64,000 bases of DNA from Glaucostegus cemiculus (GCA_976551045.1 CDPCPM010000019.1:4960001-5024000), one strand, 5' to 3'. Numbered from the stretch's first letter, positions 50,943 through 64,000 are shown. Translations and numbers: made by a program. The notes: generated from the sequence alone by a model not told the origin.

Positions 50943-53900
50943 TTGGTGAGGGGGATGGGAACCAGGAGGGCAGGTCAGAGGATGTAGGGGTTACAGAAAA
51001 GGCAGATCTAACAGACAGAGTGGCTCTGGGGAAGGAGAAGCAGAGTACAGGCCATAATAGTAAAAAGGTGGATAAACTAATCAGGCAAGACGAAGGAAAC
51101 CAGCTTAGATTAAAGGAGGAGGTATGCGGGAACAAGTCGACGTGTAGTGAAGATGGTAAGAAGGACGGGCGGGTGGAAGGTAAGGATAATTTAGAGATCA
51201 ATAGAAGTTCATCAATATCTGTAGTTGATGCTGTTCTAAAAGTACTGTATTTTAATGCATGTAGCATTAGGAATAAGGTCGATGACCTAGTGGCACAGCT
51301 ACAAGCTAAAAAATATGATATCATGGCAATCACCGAATCATGGCTTACTGACGGATGTGATTGGGAACTGAACATCCAAGGGTATACAGTGTATAGGAAG
51401 GATAGGAGGGTAGGCAGAGGGGGTGGTGTAGCCCTGATGGTCAGTAATAATATAAAATCGATAGAAAGGAAGTACATAAGGGTGGAAGAAGTGGAATCCT
51501 TATGGGTGGAGCTAAGAAATAGCAAGGGTAAAAGGATGCTAATTGCAGTTATATGTAGACCCCCTAACAGCAGCCGGGAGGAGGACTATAGGATACAGTT
51601 AGAAATAGAAAAGGCATGTCAAAAGGGCAATGTGAAGATAATTATGGGGGACTTCAACCTGAAGGTAGATTGGGAAAATCAGCGAGGAGGTGGATCGCAG
51701 GAAACTGAGTTTGTAGAATGTCTACAGGATGGCTTTTTGGAGCAACTTGTAGATGAACCCACCAGGGGATCAGCCATTTTGGATTGGGTACTGTGCAATG
51801 AACCAGAGCTGATTAGGGAGTTAAAAGTAATGGAACCATTAGGAACCAGTGATCACAATATGATTGAGTTTGGAGTCAAATTTGAAAAGGAGAGGCTCAT
51901 AACTGGTGCACATATATGGCAATGGAACAAGGGAAACTACAGCAGTATGAGAGAGGAACTGTCTCAAACCGATTGGAAGAGTAAGATAGCAGGTGGGACG
52001 GTGGAGCAGAAATGGATAGAGTTTTTACAAGAAATAAGGAAGGTGCAGGATAGGTATGTTCCAAGAAAAAAGAAAGTTCTGAATGGAAAAAAGGCACATA
52101 TGTGGGTAACGAGAGAGGTTAAGGCTAAGATAAGAGCAAAAGGGAGGGCCTACAAGGTAGCAAAAATAAGTGGGGAAACTGAGGATTGGGAAACACTTAA
52201 AAACCTGCAGAAAGAAGCTAAGAAGGTCATTAGGAAAGAAAAGATGAATTACGAAAGGAAATTGGCAGATAACATTCAAACAGATACTGAAAGTTTTTTT
52301 TAAATATATGAGGTGTAAAAGAGAGACAAGGGTTGATATAGGACCAATTGAAAATGGTGTGGGAGAGATTATAATAGAAGATACAGAGATGGCAGAGGAA
52401 CTAAATAAGTATTTTGCATCGGTCTTCACTGTGGAAGATACCAGCAATATACCAGATAGACAGGGGTTCCAGGGGATTGAACTGAGTACAGTTGAGATTA
52501 CTAGGGAGAAGATGCTAAGGAAGCTAAGTGGATTAAAGACAGATAAGCCACCCGGACCGGATGAGGTGCACCCTCGGTTTCTGAAGGAGGTGGCTTTACA
52601 GATTGTAGAGGCATTAGTGATTATTTTCCAGGAGTCAATGGACTCCGGCATGGTTCCGGAGGACTGGAGAGTAGCGAACGTAGTTCCACTCTATAAGAAA
52701 GGTGGGAGGCAGCATAAAGGTAATTACAGACCAATTAGTTTGACGTCAGTAGTGGGAAAGATACTGGGATCGATCCTCAAGGATGAGGTTACAGAATACC
52801 TGGTGTTTCAAGACAGGATAGGTCCAAGCCAGCATGGTTTCGTAAAGGGAAGATCTTGCCTGACCAACCTATTGGAGTTTTTTGAGGAAATCTCAGGTAG
52901 GGTGGATAAGGGAGAGGCAGTAGACGTTGTGTATTTAGACTTTCAAAAGGCCTTCGACAAGGTGCCGCATCAGAGGTTGATTAATAAGATGAGTACGCAT
53001 GGAATTACAGGAAGGATATTAAAATGGGTCGAGCATTGGCTGGTAGGCAGAAAGCAACGGGTAGGAATAAAAGGATCCTGTTCTGGATGGCAACCGGTTA
53101 CTAGTGGTGTCCCGCAAGGGTCGGTGTTGGGCCCGCTACTTTTCACTTTATATATTAATGATTTGGATGATGGAGTAAATGGTTTTGTAGCTAAGTTTGC
53201 GGATGACACCAAGATTGGCGGTGGAGCAGGGAGTATAGAAGACGCAGGAAGGCTGCAGAGAGACTTGGATAGGTTAGGTGAATGGGCAAAGAAATGGCAG
53301 ATGAAATTCAATGTTGACAAATGTGCTGTAGTACACTTTGGCAAAAGAAATGACCGGGCAGATTATTATCTAGATGGGGAGAAAATTGGAAGTACGGAAG
53401 TACAAAAGGGACTTGGGGGTACTCGTGCAGGACACCCTAAGAGTCAACCACCAGGTCGGATCGGCGATAAAGAAAGCGAATGCTATGTTGGTGTTCATTT
53501 CGCGAGGTATAATGTATAGAAGTAGGGAGGTGATGATGAGGCTCTATGGAGCACTGGTACGTTCTCATTTGGAATACTGTGTGCAGTTTTGGGCCCCACA
53601 CCTTAGAAGGGATGTGCTGATGTTGGAGAGGGTTCAGAGGAGGTTTACAAGGATGATTCCTGGTATGAAAGGGCTTACCTATGATGAGCGTTTATCGGCT
53701 CTTGGACTGTACTCATTGGAGTACAGAAGAATGAGGGAGGACCTCATAAAAGTGTTTAAGATGTTGAAAGGAATGGATAGAGTAGATGTGGATAGGCTGT
53801 TTCCCTTGGTGGGTGAGTCCAAGACTAGAGGGCACAGACTTAGAATCAGAGGGAATCAGTTTAAAACAGAGATGAGGAGAAACTACTTTAGTCAGAGGGT

Positions 53901-54035
53901 GGTGGAATTGTGGAATTCTCTGCCACATACAGCTGTAGAGGCTCAGTCAGTGGGGGCATTTAAAGGGGAGTTGGATACGTACCTAATTAATCAAGGTATC
54001 AAGGGATATGGGGATAAGGCTGGAAATTGGAGATA
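50930..54035 (+). pseudogene. CR1 ORF2 (APE endonuclease + reverse transcriptase) with two +1 frameshifts
   Basis: LYFNA, ITESW, GDFN and SDHN endonuclease motifs; [27 protein letters not shown]. Frame breaks at the T8 run 52294-52301 and the A4 run 53404-53407. Confidence 0.93.
50933..50939 (+). promoter_or_regulatory. Putative -1 ribosomal frameshift slippery heptamer T TTA AAC
   Basis: ORF1 ends AGT TTA AAC TAG. The -1 frame TTT AAA CTA... is open and continuous with the endonuclease domain. Confidence 0.65.
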
Positions 54036-54749
54036 TGTTATCTTTTCTCTTCTCATGGAGCAGACTCGAAGGGCTGAATGGCCTACTTCTGCTCCCTTGT
54101 CTTGTGATCTTGTGACTTGCCTGTATTCCTCAGTGGTAGCCCCAAAGTTCAGCACTAATGCAGGCTTAAGCTGGTGATAGCATCTTAAGCCCTGTTACCA
54201 ATGCTGTTGGCTACCCTACACTGGGGAGCTCTGGTATGAAGTTCTTAGCTGTCAGCTATAAAATCTGCTTGTCAAGCCTACACCAAAGGAGTCTCTTTAA
54301 AATGAATGGGAGAAATAGATGGCCTGGAAGAAGGCTATTAGATGATTTTATGTTTTAACTCAGGTGGTTTAAATGGTTTAAGTTTTTAATTTGTGTGTGT
54401 TTGGTCATTTAGTCATTGCCACTAGCATTGGTCTTTTCAGTTTTTTTAAATGACTTTAATTTTTAACATTTTTAAAACAGATTTTCAACATTTGTGAACA
54501 TCCAAAACATTCGTAATAATTAAGTAACAGTGACAGCTTTGACAGCCAGTGAGTTTGGGGAAGAGGCCTCTTAGCTGCTCTGCGAATGCAACCAACTGCA
54601 TTGCAGTGCAGAGAACACCCAAGGTCAGGATTGAACCTCGGTCTCTTAAACTGTGAGGCAGTAACACAAACTGCTGCACCACTCTGTCACTCCACTTGCC
54701 ATCATCAACTCAATGGCCCAATGGCATCCTTCCCTGCCATAAGAAAAAT

Positions 54750-56080
54750 CTGATCAACTAACTTGACTGAATATTTTGTGAGGTAACAGAGAAAGCTGGT
54801 AAAGTGATTTCAATAGATACCATCAATATCGATTTCCAGAAGATTCTTTAAGTTCCATGAAATGGGTCAGTCAACAATACTCAGGTATATGGAATTCATT
54901 GGTCACTAGCAGCATGAATAGGAAATTGGCATGAAGCAGAACATAGTGGGAAATGGTAGTCTTGGACAATGGTAGAGAGTAGTTTTCCCCAGGTATCAGT
55001 ACTGGGACTCAAATTCCTTTCAATATATATTAATGATTCTGACTTGGTAAAATTTCCAAATGACATAAATCTTGGAAGTGTGGTATACCATAAGGAAGAT
55101 AGATATATGCCGATAGGTGACTCCAGACCCACAGAATTGTGGTTGATTCCTAAATTTGTTGTTCACTCTTAAATTTCTTCTGAAATAGACTTGCTGTCCA
55201 CTCTTTTCAAGGGCATTTAGAGACCAGCCAGTGATGCCCACATTCTTGAATGAACGAATAAATAAAAGATTACAAGACACTTAGCCTAGCTGAAAGTACA
55301 GTGGCAGTCAGAATTTAAGAGGAGTATGGAAGGACAAACTTTGACAAAAAGATGACACATAGATTAAATGACATAAATTTAAATGGTATGCTGGAACAGA
55401 TGGACCTGGATGTACATGACCATATATTATAGGAACTGGAAGGGCATGTTGTGGGAGTGATTAGTAAAACTTATGAGATTCTGGGATTCAGGGATAGACA
55501 CAAGGAAGTTACACTGACATATATAAAATAACAGTTATATCATAGTGACAGCACTGCATCAAATTTTGGTCACTGCACTTTAGGAAGGATGCAAAGATCC
55601 TACAAAGACAGAGTACAGCAAAGATTTACTAATACATTACCAGTGATGAGGGATTTCAGCTGCAGCAGTAAAATGTAGAATCTGGGGATGTTCCTATTGG
55701 AACAAAGAAGAATGAGTATAGATTTGATTGAGGTGTACAGGGTTATATTGTTCAGTTAGGACACATAGATGGAAGCTGTTATTATAAGCAGATGATTCAA
55801 TCACCAGAGATACAGATGTAAAATTTTGAGTATAAGATACAAGGGAATGCGAGGAGTAGTCAGAATATGAATTTCAGTGCCAGTAAGAGTAATGAAACAG
55901 AGTCAGTGCCTTTAAAAGAGAATTGGTAAGTAGTTGCAAGAGAATTGGAAAGCACTTGCGAGAGAATAGTCTGTAGGACTATAGGGTAAGAAAAGGAGAA
56001 TGGGACTGACAGGAAGCCACCATAGAATCGACAGGCCGAACAGCTCCCTCCTGTGCAGTAACAATTTTGTGATTCTATGG
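54750..56080 (+). mobile_element. Very degenerate CR1 fragment(s)
   Basis: FPQVSVLGLKFLSIYINDSD remnant; ttttggtcactgcactttaggaaggatg; tail ttttgtgattctatg. Confidence 0.65.
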
Positions 56081-58292
56081 TCAAGGTATTTTATATGCTG
56101 TTTAGACCACCGAGGGAGCTTACAGATATTTAAATGTTATGGGAATGCGTGCTGTACTGAGAGAACAGTCCAATAAATTATTGACCAGAAGGGACCATGA
56201 GTATTAAGGGCTGTTCATTATGCTTTATAATAATTATTTAAGTAGGAGTAAACCACTCATCTTAAGTAGATAACGATTCCAGTGGCATAATATCTAACCC
56301 AGGAAAAAAACAATTATGCTAGTTTTTCCAATGGCCAAGATTTAATGTGCTGAAATTGGAAAACAGGGAAAAAATTACTTGTGCATAAATAGTTTTCAAG
56401 CAACCAAATATAAATAAATTTACAATTTAAAATATGGGACATGCTTTGTTATAATGGAAACACATTAAAAGATTGTTTTTGAATCAGCTGTAATCAAATA
56501 AAATTTTTTATAGTATTTTGCAACTAGTTTTTGGTAAAGCTTGTGTTTATATATCTAAAGAAACATCTAGTTCAGAAATTATGTAACTACTTGAAGTATA
56601 AATTGTGTTTCATGATGGTACTGATCTATATTTTCTCTATGCTTACAAAGATACTCAAACAATTTGATGCCTCATCTTTTACAGTGCAAGACACATCAAA
56701 ACATGACGGTAGTTGTTAATATTTTAAAACCTTACTGCTCTCTTGGACCCAAACTCCCACAGAGAATTAAGATCAATATTTTTTTCTTGTCATCTGTGTT
56801 TCTATTTCAAATCTGAAAAATTACACCGAATATTTACTATAAGAATTACCTTTATGTTTATTAATTCATTAAAATCCCTTATGAAGCTTTGCTTAAATCG
56901 CAGAACCTGGCATGTAGTTCACAAATATCATGGCGCTGAGATTCCTATCAGTGATAACAACCTTAATTCTTAGGTGCCAGTAAGAGTAGTGAAGCAGTGC
57001 CTTTAAAAGAGAATTGGTAAGCAGCACTTGCAAGAGAATTGGTTCCTTAATTTCATCTCCTCAGTTACTGGATAATAACGAGATTTAAATAAATACTATT
57101 TAATATGCATATTAATTATCTGGTCTTCAGTTACTAGTTTTATGTTGGTGTTTCATTTTCCTTCTAAAACTGCTGTCTTAGCAACAAGGTTGTTAGCATT
57201 TTTCAAACAGTACACAATATGCAATGTTTGCTCTTATTGCATCTGATCATGTGCTCTTTTCAAGAATTTTCATAAAGTTCTGTTTTCATTTATTAAATCT
57301 TATTTAAGTCAAAGATCCAAAAGTAACTCATTTTGGGCCAACAAGCAGAAAATTACTTAAATGCATTTACTTTTAATAATCTGACAACTATTTATGAATG
57401 CTAACTGCATAAAACCATATAACATTGTACCATGTACATTGCCGGTGCTTGTACCTTGTTCCAAGTCAGGCTTTATCAGCACCTCAGTTTTCAAGAATGA
57501 AATAGATTTTCTTTTAAATTTACAAGTTACTTAGCATACATAATGAAATGAAAAGGATTCTCACTAAACAACTTAATACTCACAGCATAAGTAACAAAAT
57601 AGAAAGGATTTTTACCAAATGTTCTACAATTAGATTTGTTAATCCATTATCAGAACTGTACAGAGCTTAAAATACTCAGCAGATCAGCACAGAATCACTA
57701 TTTGGGGACTCCAGAGAGTTAACTCCATGTGATAAAAGGCTCAACAAAGCAATTTTGACTGCACAGCCACAACGTGATGTGCACTGAATACTAGAAAAGG
57801 AGTGGGAACTGCTGTTCTTTCAACCCACACAATTTGCACATGGCTTATCAATAGCCTTAGTGCTGAATATAGAACTCAAGTCTATTTGGCTTTCAGTCAA
57901 TTAAGCTTTAAGCTGTCAGCAAACAAGACTTTTAAGTTAATTTTGAATCACTGAGAATCAAGTTGAAGGTTGTGAAAGGGCGCATGCACACACTGACATG
58001 AAAAAAGACAGTTTAATTGCCATGAACAGCCATTGTGTGTTGTGATAGGTCTATTGAATCTTTGCTAATCTATTTATCAAAAGTGTAACTGAATGGTTAG
58101 TTAAGTTCAACTATGCGTCAATCTTTAATTTTTTTTTACTAATAATGGAGATTAGAGAAGAAATATACTTCTAAAATTTACTGTTCAATTCTAAATCAGT
58201 TAAGTTGATAAATAACTTTCTACATAATATTTTCATTCTCAATATCTGTTAGATGTTAATTAAAATATTAAATAAAAATAAACAAGGCTTAT

Positions 58293-58500
58293 AACATAGA
58301 ACAAAGAACAGTACAGCACAGAACAGGCCCTTCGGCCCACAATGTGCCGACATAGCTATTGCCGCCTACCTACGGAATGCCCATATCCCCCTGTTTTCCT
58401 CTCATTCATGTGCCCATCCAAGCCCCTCTTAAAAGCCCCCAATGAATTTGCCTCCTCCACCCTATCAGGCAACACATTCTAGGCATCCACCACTCTCTCA
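58293..58500 (-). mobile_element. CR1 3' tail fragment
   Basis: acatagaacaaagaacagtacagcacagaacaggcccttcggccc is the reverse complement of the CR1 3' UTR. Confidence 0.85.
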
Positions 58501-58792
58501 GCAAAATTTTCCAACTATTTTAATGTATATTGTGACAATTGGAATAGGTTTAAGGACAGCTAGCATCTGTTCTTAGGCATTATAGTATTCCGTTTAAGGG
58601 TATGAGTAAAAATTATCCATAATGTTATGAGATTTTATTTCTACTGCACAGGATTGTAAGGAGTAGTTCAAGCAAATACACAAAATGTCATGTAATTCTG
58701 AGTAGCCAAAACAATATTACAGCCAAAACATTATTAAAATCACAAAGCCTGTACTTCCTGGTTACATATATGTAAATTAAATTTAAAATGTT

Positions 58793-60200
58793 CAGAACAT
58801 AGAACATACAGCACAGGATCAGGCCCTTTGGCTAATGATGTCTGTGCCAACCATAGGAATTTTAGCTAATTTCATCTGCCTTCATATGGTCTGTATCCTT
58901 CCATTTCCTGCCTGTTCATGTGCCTGTCTAAATACCTCTCAAATTTTACTTTCATATCTGCTTTCACCATTTCCACTGGCAGCACGTTACAGGCACCTAC
59001 CACTCTCTGTGTAAAAAAATATTGCCTTTTAAATCTCCTTTAAACTTTCCCCCTCTCACCTGAAAACTATGCACTCTGGTATTTGACATTTCCACCCTGG
59101 GAAAAAGACTCTATCTACACTATCTATGCCTCTCATAATTTTACATACTTCTATCAGAGGCTCTCAGCCTCCAACGCTCCAGAGAAAAACAATCCAAGTT
59201 TGTCCAACCTCTCCTTATGGCTAGTATTCTCCAGTCCAGGGAACATCCTGGTGAACTCCTTCTACACCCTCTCCAAAGCTTCCACATCCTTCATGTAAAG
59301 CGGCAACCAGAACTGCACCCAATATTCCAAATGTGGCCTAACCATAGTTTTATACAGCTACCACATGACTTCCTAACTTTTATATTCAACACTCGACCAA
59401 GAAAGGCAAGTATGCCATATGCCTTCTTTACCATCCTATATACTTGTGTTGCCACTTTCAGGGTGCTATGGGCATGCACCTCAAGATTCCTCGGTACACC
59501 AACACCACTAAGGGTCCTGCTGGATACTGGATACTTTCCTCTTACATTTGACCTCCCGCAGTGCAATACCTTGCATTTGTCCAGATTAGACTTCATCTGT
59601 CATTTCTCTGCCCACATGTCCAGTTGGTCTATATCCTGCTGAATCATTTGACAACCTTCCTCAAGATCCACAACTCTGCCTATTTTTGTATCATCTGCAT
59701 TTTATTAATCANNNNNNNNNNNNNNNNNNNNNNNNNNNNNNNNNNNNNNNNNNNNNNNNNNNNNNNNNNNNNNNNNNNNNNNNNNNNNNNNNNNNNNNNN
59801 NNNNNNNNNNNNNNNNNNNNNNNNNNNNNNNNNNNNNNNNNNNNNNNNNNNNNAAATAAAAACAACACAGGACCCAGATTTGATACGTGTATACTTGTGG
59901 AACACCACTGGTCACAGACCTTTAATCAGAATATGTCCCTTCCACCAGTACACTGTCTTGTATAGCCAAGCTAATTTTGAATCCAATCTACCAAGTCTCC
60001 ATGGATCCCATGTACCTTAATCTTCTGGATCAGTCTACCATGAGGGTCAAAAGCTTTACTAAAGTCCATGTATACAACACTCACTGCCCTACATTATCAA
60101 TCATCTTTGTCACCTCCACAAAAAACTCAATCAAGTTTGTAAGATATGACCTCCTCTGCACAAAGCCATGCTGACTGTCTCTAATAAGTCCATGCATTTT
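58793..60200 (-). mobile_element. 5'-truncated CR1 LINE spanning an assembly gap
   Basis: Minus-strand ORF NLDKCKVLHCGRSN...MVKKAYGILAF; 3' tail at about 58795. Confidence 0.9.
59712..59853. other. Assembly gap (142 N)
   Basis: Run of N in the sequence. Confidence 1.
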
Positions 60201-62249
60201 GAAAATTTGAATACTTAAAATTTGAACACTAATGTGAGTCTCTCCAGTTCCCCTAGTACCTCATTTCTCACAAAGTTCTTCCTCTTCAGCCTCTCCACTG
60301 GCATGACCACCTTCTGAAAATGTGGTGCCCAAAGCTGACATAGATAATAATTTATAATTTTTTAATCATAACTTCATTTTATTGTAACTTTGTGTAATAT
60401 ATTTAACCAAAGATCTCTTAACAAGCTTATCAACTTATTCTGCCACCTTCAAACATTTGTGTAGATGAACATCCAGGCTTCTCTTTTCTGCACTCCATTT
60501 AATTTATATTGCCTCCCTTCTTTTTCCCTTCCAAATGGAACACATCTACATTGAACCTCATCTTGCTGTTTCTGTGCAGTTCATTTCCCCAATTTTACTA
60601 TCATCTTCCTCAACGTTATCCTACATTTCTAAGCTTTGTGTTGTCATCAGACACTAACAATATGCCCCTATGTTCAAGTCTAGATCAATGAAGTACATAA
60701 GAACATTGTACTTCAAATACATCTCCTTGGAGAGCACCACCATATGCTTCTCTCCAATTTGATAAACAAGCTTCAGACAGCTGCATTTGCCATCACTGAG
60801 CTGATTTTATACTCTTAATTTAATCCCTCACCCTGGTTGGTGAAAGTCTATTGTGTGGCACATTATCAAAAGGTTAATTTCATAAAAATGCATTCCATTT
60901 GGTTCACAAAATCCTTCCTAACCTGACCTACCTCTAAAAGAAACTGAAGGCATTAAATACAACACAAAAATTAAACAGAACCAACCTCCAAAGTACTGTC
61001 CACCAATAAAATACTGGCCAAGAAGTCTGGTTCAACTGTATGTAATGGTCCAAATTTATACATTTGCCAACTCTGATTTGTTACCAAAGGACTGTCAGGT
61101 TTTATACACATCCCAAGAACAAGAGTCAGAGAGCTTCATGCAAAAGTCTGGGGTGAGTTATTCATCTTTACTTTTAGGAGGTACGGATTGACAATCAAAA
61201 TGAAAGGAAACTGAGGAGAAAATACATGAAAGTAAAAGACAGATATCTGTTGTAGTCCTGGATAGATGGAAAGGTTAAAATTGAACTTGTTTTTAGATTC
61301 TTTTTTTTCATTTTGTGGATGACAATGAATAATGAACAAGATAATTAAATGGCAAAGAACGTGGCATCTTCTATAATTAGCGTGGGTCCTTTTTGCACAG
61401 GTTGCTTTGGTGGTGCCAACAATAAACATAAAATCATGAAGTAAGGTTGCTGCTGGAAATATTGTTAAATCAGCAGTTAGGCTCAGAAATAGCATTCGCC
61501 TCTGGAATCAAAAGATCCTGGCTTCAGAACATTTAACCAGATAATGGATGAGTTGGGTCAAAAGGCCTTATTCCATGCCGTATTACTCCATGACTCTAAT
61601 TTAGTAGTTAACAGCATCCCTGATGGAGGAAATGTTGCATTGTTGGAGACGTTTTCACACAAGATGTTAACGCCAGGCTTGCTCAAGTGGTAGAAAAGGA
61701 CTCTACAGCATTACTTGAAGAGCACACCACCTACATAACATTACCAATATTGTTCCATACACTTTAATAAATTATCTTAAAACAGGCTTTGGAAGGAACT
61801 GGGTTCCTAACTTCCACAACCTCTGTAAAGATGTGTTTGCTGGTATCATCCTGAAAAGACACTGAAAAATTTTAGAATGTCCCTGGATCCTGAAAGTTAC
61901 CACGTAAATGCAGGTGCCTTGCTTGTTTCAATTTTCTGAATGATCATTCATCAAATTTGCTGCTCCATCTATATATCCAAATCTATCCATAGCCTTGTCC
62001 CTCTTTACCTGCTCTAGCCCTTTACCAAATCTACGTTCCTCCAAAAATGTATTCCTTTTCGGCAGAAAAAAACAAATAGTATGTGATTCATCTGTGCCTG
62101 ACAAGAGAAATGAGGAAATATTATATCCAAGGAAGGGGCTGATAAAGTTCCCATAAACAGCAGTAGGCCTGACCTTTGGGAGCATAAAACACAGCAAAGG
62201 AAGACAAAGGGATTGATAAAGAAAGCCTAGATGGAATACGAGAGTAGGC

Positions 62250-62555
62250 TGGGCACAGCACAGTGTTGTAGCAATTAGTGGTGCTGCCTTAACAGCTCCA
62301 GGGATCGAGGTTTGATTCTGACTTCAGGTGTCATCTGCATGTACAATTCCCCCATGACCATGTACTCAGGTTTCCTCCCACATCCCAAAGGATGAGCTAG
62401 TAAATGACCTCTTAGTGTAGATAAGAGGCAAAAGCATCAAAAGTGAGCTGACGAACAAGTTGTGGGGCTACAGGTAAATAAAAAGGGAATAGAACTGAAG
62501 AGATTGCTTCACCAGACTCCAGAATGGATCTGATAGGCCAAATGGCCTCCTAATA
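62250..62555 (+). mobile_element. Degenerate tRNA-derived V-SINE-like element
   Basis: ggcacag...gtagcaattagtggtgctgccttaacagctccagggatcgaggtttgattctgac (A/B-box-like head), then tttcctcccacatcccaaag. Confidence 0.65.
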
Positions 62556-64000
62556 GGTCATAAAAATTAAGCAAATTTTAGCTGATTGCAGTTCTGTGAC
62601 AAACTTTTAGACACATTGCTTCATTGCAGGTATTACAGAAATGCAAACTGTTGTTATGTGTGGTGCGTTTTGAAACTGTAATGGAAAGTGAACAGCACTA
62701 TATTAAATTCTTCATGAATTGATATTAATATTTGTGCTGCTAAAATTAACTATAGCTCCATAATAATACAAGATACAAGTACATTGATAAATTGTAACTT
62801 AAAGAAATCCTCAAAATCAAAACTAACTCTGTAGAGACAATCCAACTAAAATTCAACATGCATTTTCAAAGGAATTATTAAGAACATGTCCAATGAAATT
62901 CTAATGGAAACACATGCTTAATTATTAAAATTTTCCAATTATACCAACAGCAATCTTAAATAATTTATTGCTACTCAAGCAGATTTGCTGTGAAGAATAT
63001 AATGGGTCATAATATGCTGAAGCAATGCATCCAACGGCATCTGTTCTTCCCCTTGCACAAATTAGGTTAAAAAAAACTGCATGACAAGTTGTGGAAAGTG
63101 TGAGATGATAAAACTGAAGCAAAGGAAATCAACCATCTGGAATCTGAGAGAATAGGCTGAGCAATTAACCAATCAAATTGAAGTACTGTGGAAATAACAG
63201 TACAAGAACTGATAAAAAATTATAGCATTAAATCAGGATCAGAAAAGACAAGGGAAAAATAGCTGGGGAGAAGAGGTAAAAAGAAAACAAGTTTTAACCA
63301 TAAGCAAAACCTGAGGAAATCAGACTTACCACTCAATTTCAGTTCTAGAAATTATATATGGCTATAATTAACACACTTTAACCTGGTATTAAAGTGATTA
63401 AATTTTTGTGGACAGTTCAGTTTTGGCCTATGTTATGGAAATACAGTAACCTAACACTCAATGTATGTTAATAGTGAGCCACTCTGCAAGAAGCTGTTTT
63501 TCTGAATCTATTAATGGAGCAACACAACTTGGACAGGAACTATGGACAAGAGTTTACCTGTGCATGTGGTCCCTGACTGAATTTGCAGCATCATTTATAC
63601 ATAATTACAGTGGGCACCAATAAATTCACTGTTAATTTGACAGCAAACTATAGCCCAGTCACAATAGTATAAATTTTAAGCTAGTCAAAATACACAGGTA
63701 AAATGTGATTGCAATATTTTCAGCCATAATGCTTTCAGAAAATATTGTATGCACTGTAAAACCTGAAATATGCTCAGTGTTTTCTTATGATAATACCACT
63801 GCTGAGCGGAGGAAAGGGTGCTGAAATATTTTCCATCAATGTTATAAAAGAAATCTTAGCTACAATGCTGAAAATCGAAAGGACGTTCACCATTCTCAAT
63901 GTTTTTCCTTCACTATCTGTCATAAGAATGCTATTTCCATGTCAGAGCTTCTGATATGTTTTGTTTAACTTTTTTAAAATCTTACAGCAGGGCCCATAAT

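Larger units (their letters stand above)
49630..54116 (+). mobile_element. Near full-length CR1 LINE, antisense to WDR7
   Basis: CpG-containing 5' UTR, ORF1, ORF2 (APE + RT), short 3' UTR ending in cttgtgatcttgtga repeats. The 5' boundary is approximate. Confidence 0.95.

Noticed and set aside
50171-53928. Long antisense ORFs (239 aa, 208 aa and others) over the CR1
   Set aside because: They are shadow frames of purine-rich CR1 coding sequence with no recognisable domains.
63320-63360. Minus-strand GGTAAG donor as a possible upstream WDR7 exon end (also one near 11390)
   Set aside because: Adjacent sequence does not translate to anything resembling WDR7.

Overview
Eukaryotic, AT-rich, repeat-dense vertebrate DNA. 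The repeat content (CR1, Rex1/Babar, V-SINE-like, Tc1, fold-back repeats) suggests a cartilaginous fish; this is inference. The only host coding sequence I recognise is one 225-nt internal exon of WDR7 (rabconnectin-3 beta) on the minus strand at 28997-29221, so the window is essentially two large WDR7 introns. These hold a near-full-length CR1 LINE (about 49630-54116), three young 5'-truncated CR1 copies each nested in an older element, a Tc1 remnant, a Rex1/Babar LINE, SINEs and many degenerate LINE fragments. Two things stand out. (1) The CR1 ORF1/ORF2 junction has a correctly phased T-TTA-AAC slippery heptamer directly before the ORF1 stop, with an ATG-less ORF2 in the -1 frame and G-runs downstream, suggesting -1 ribosomal frameshifting. 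(2) A 1087-bp element at 36560-37646 consists of a complete LTR, a tRNA-Pro primer binding site and an inverted copy of the LTR's own U3 end, bounded by a 4-bp target duplication. Everything was read by eye; boundaries of degenerate repeats are approximate.
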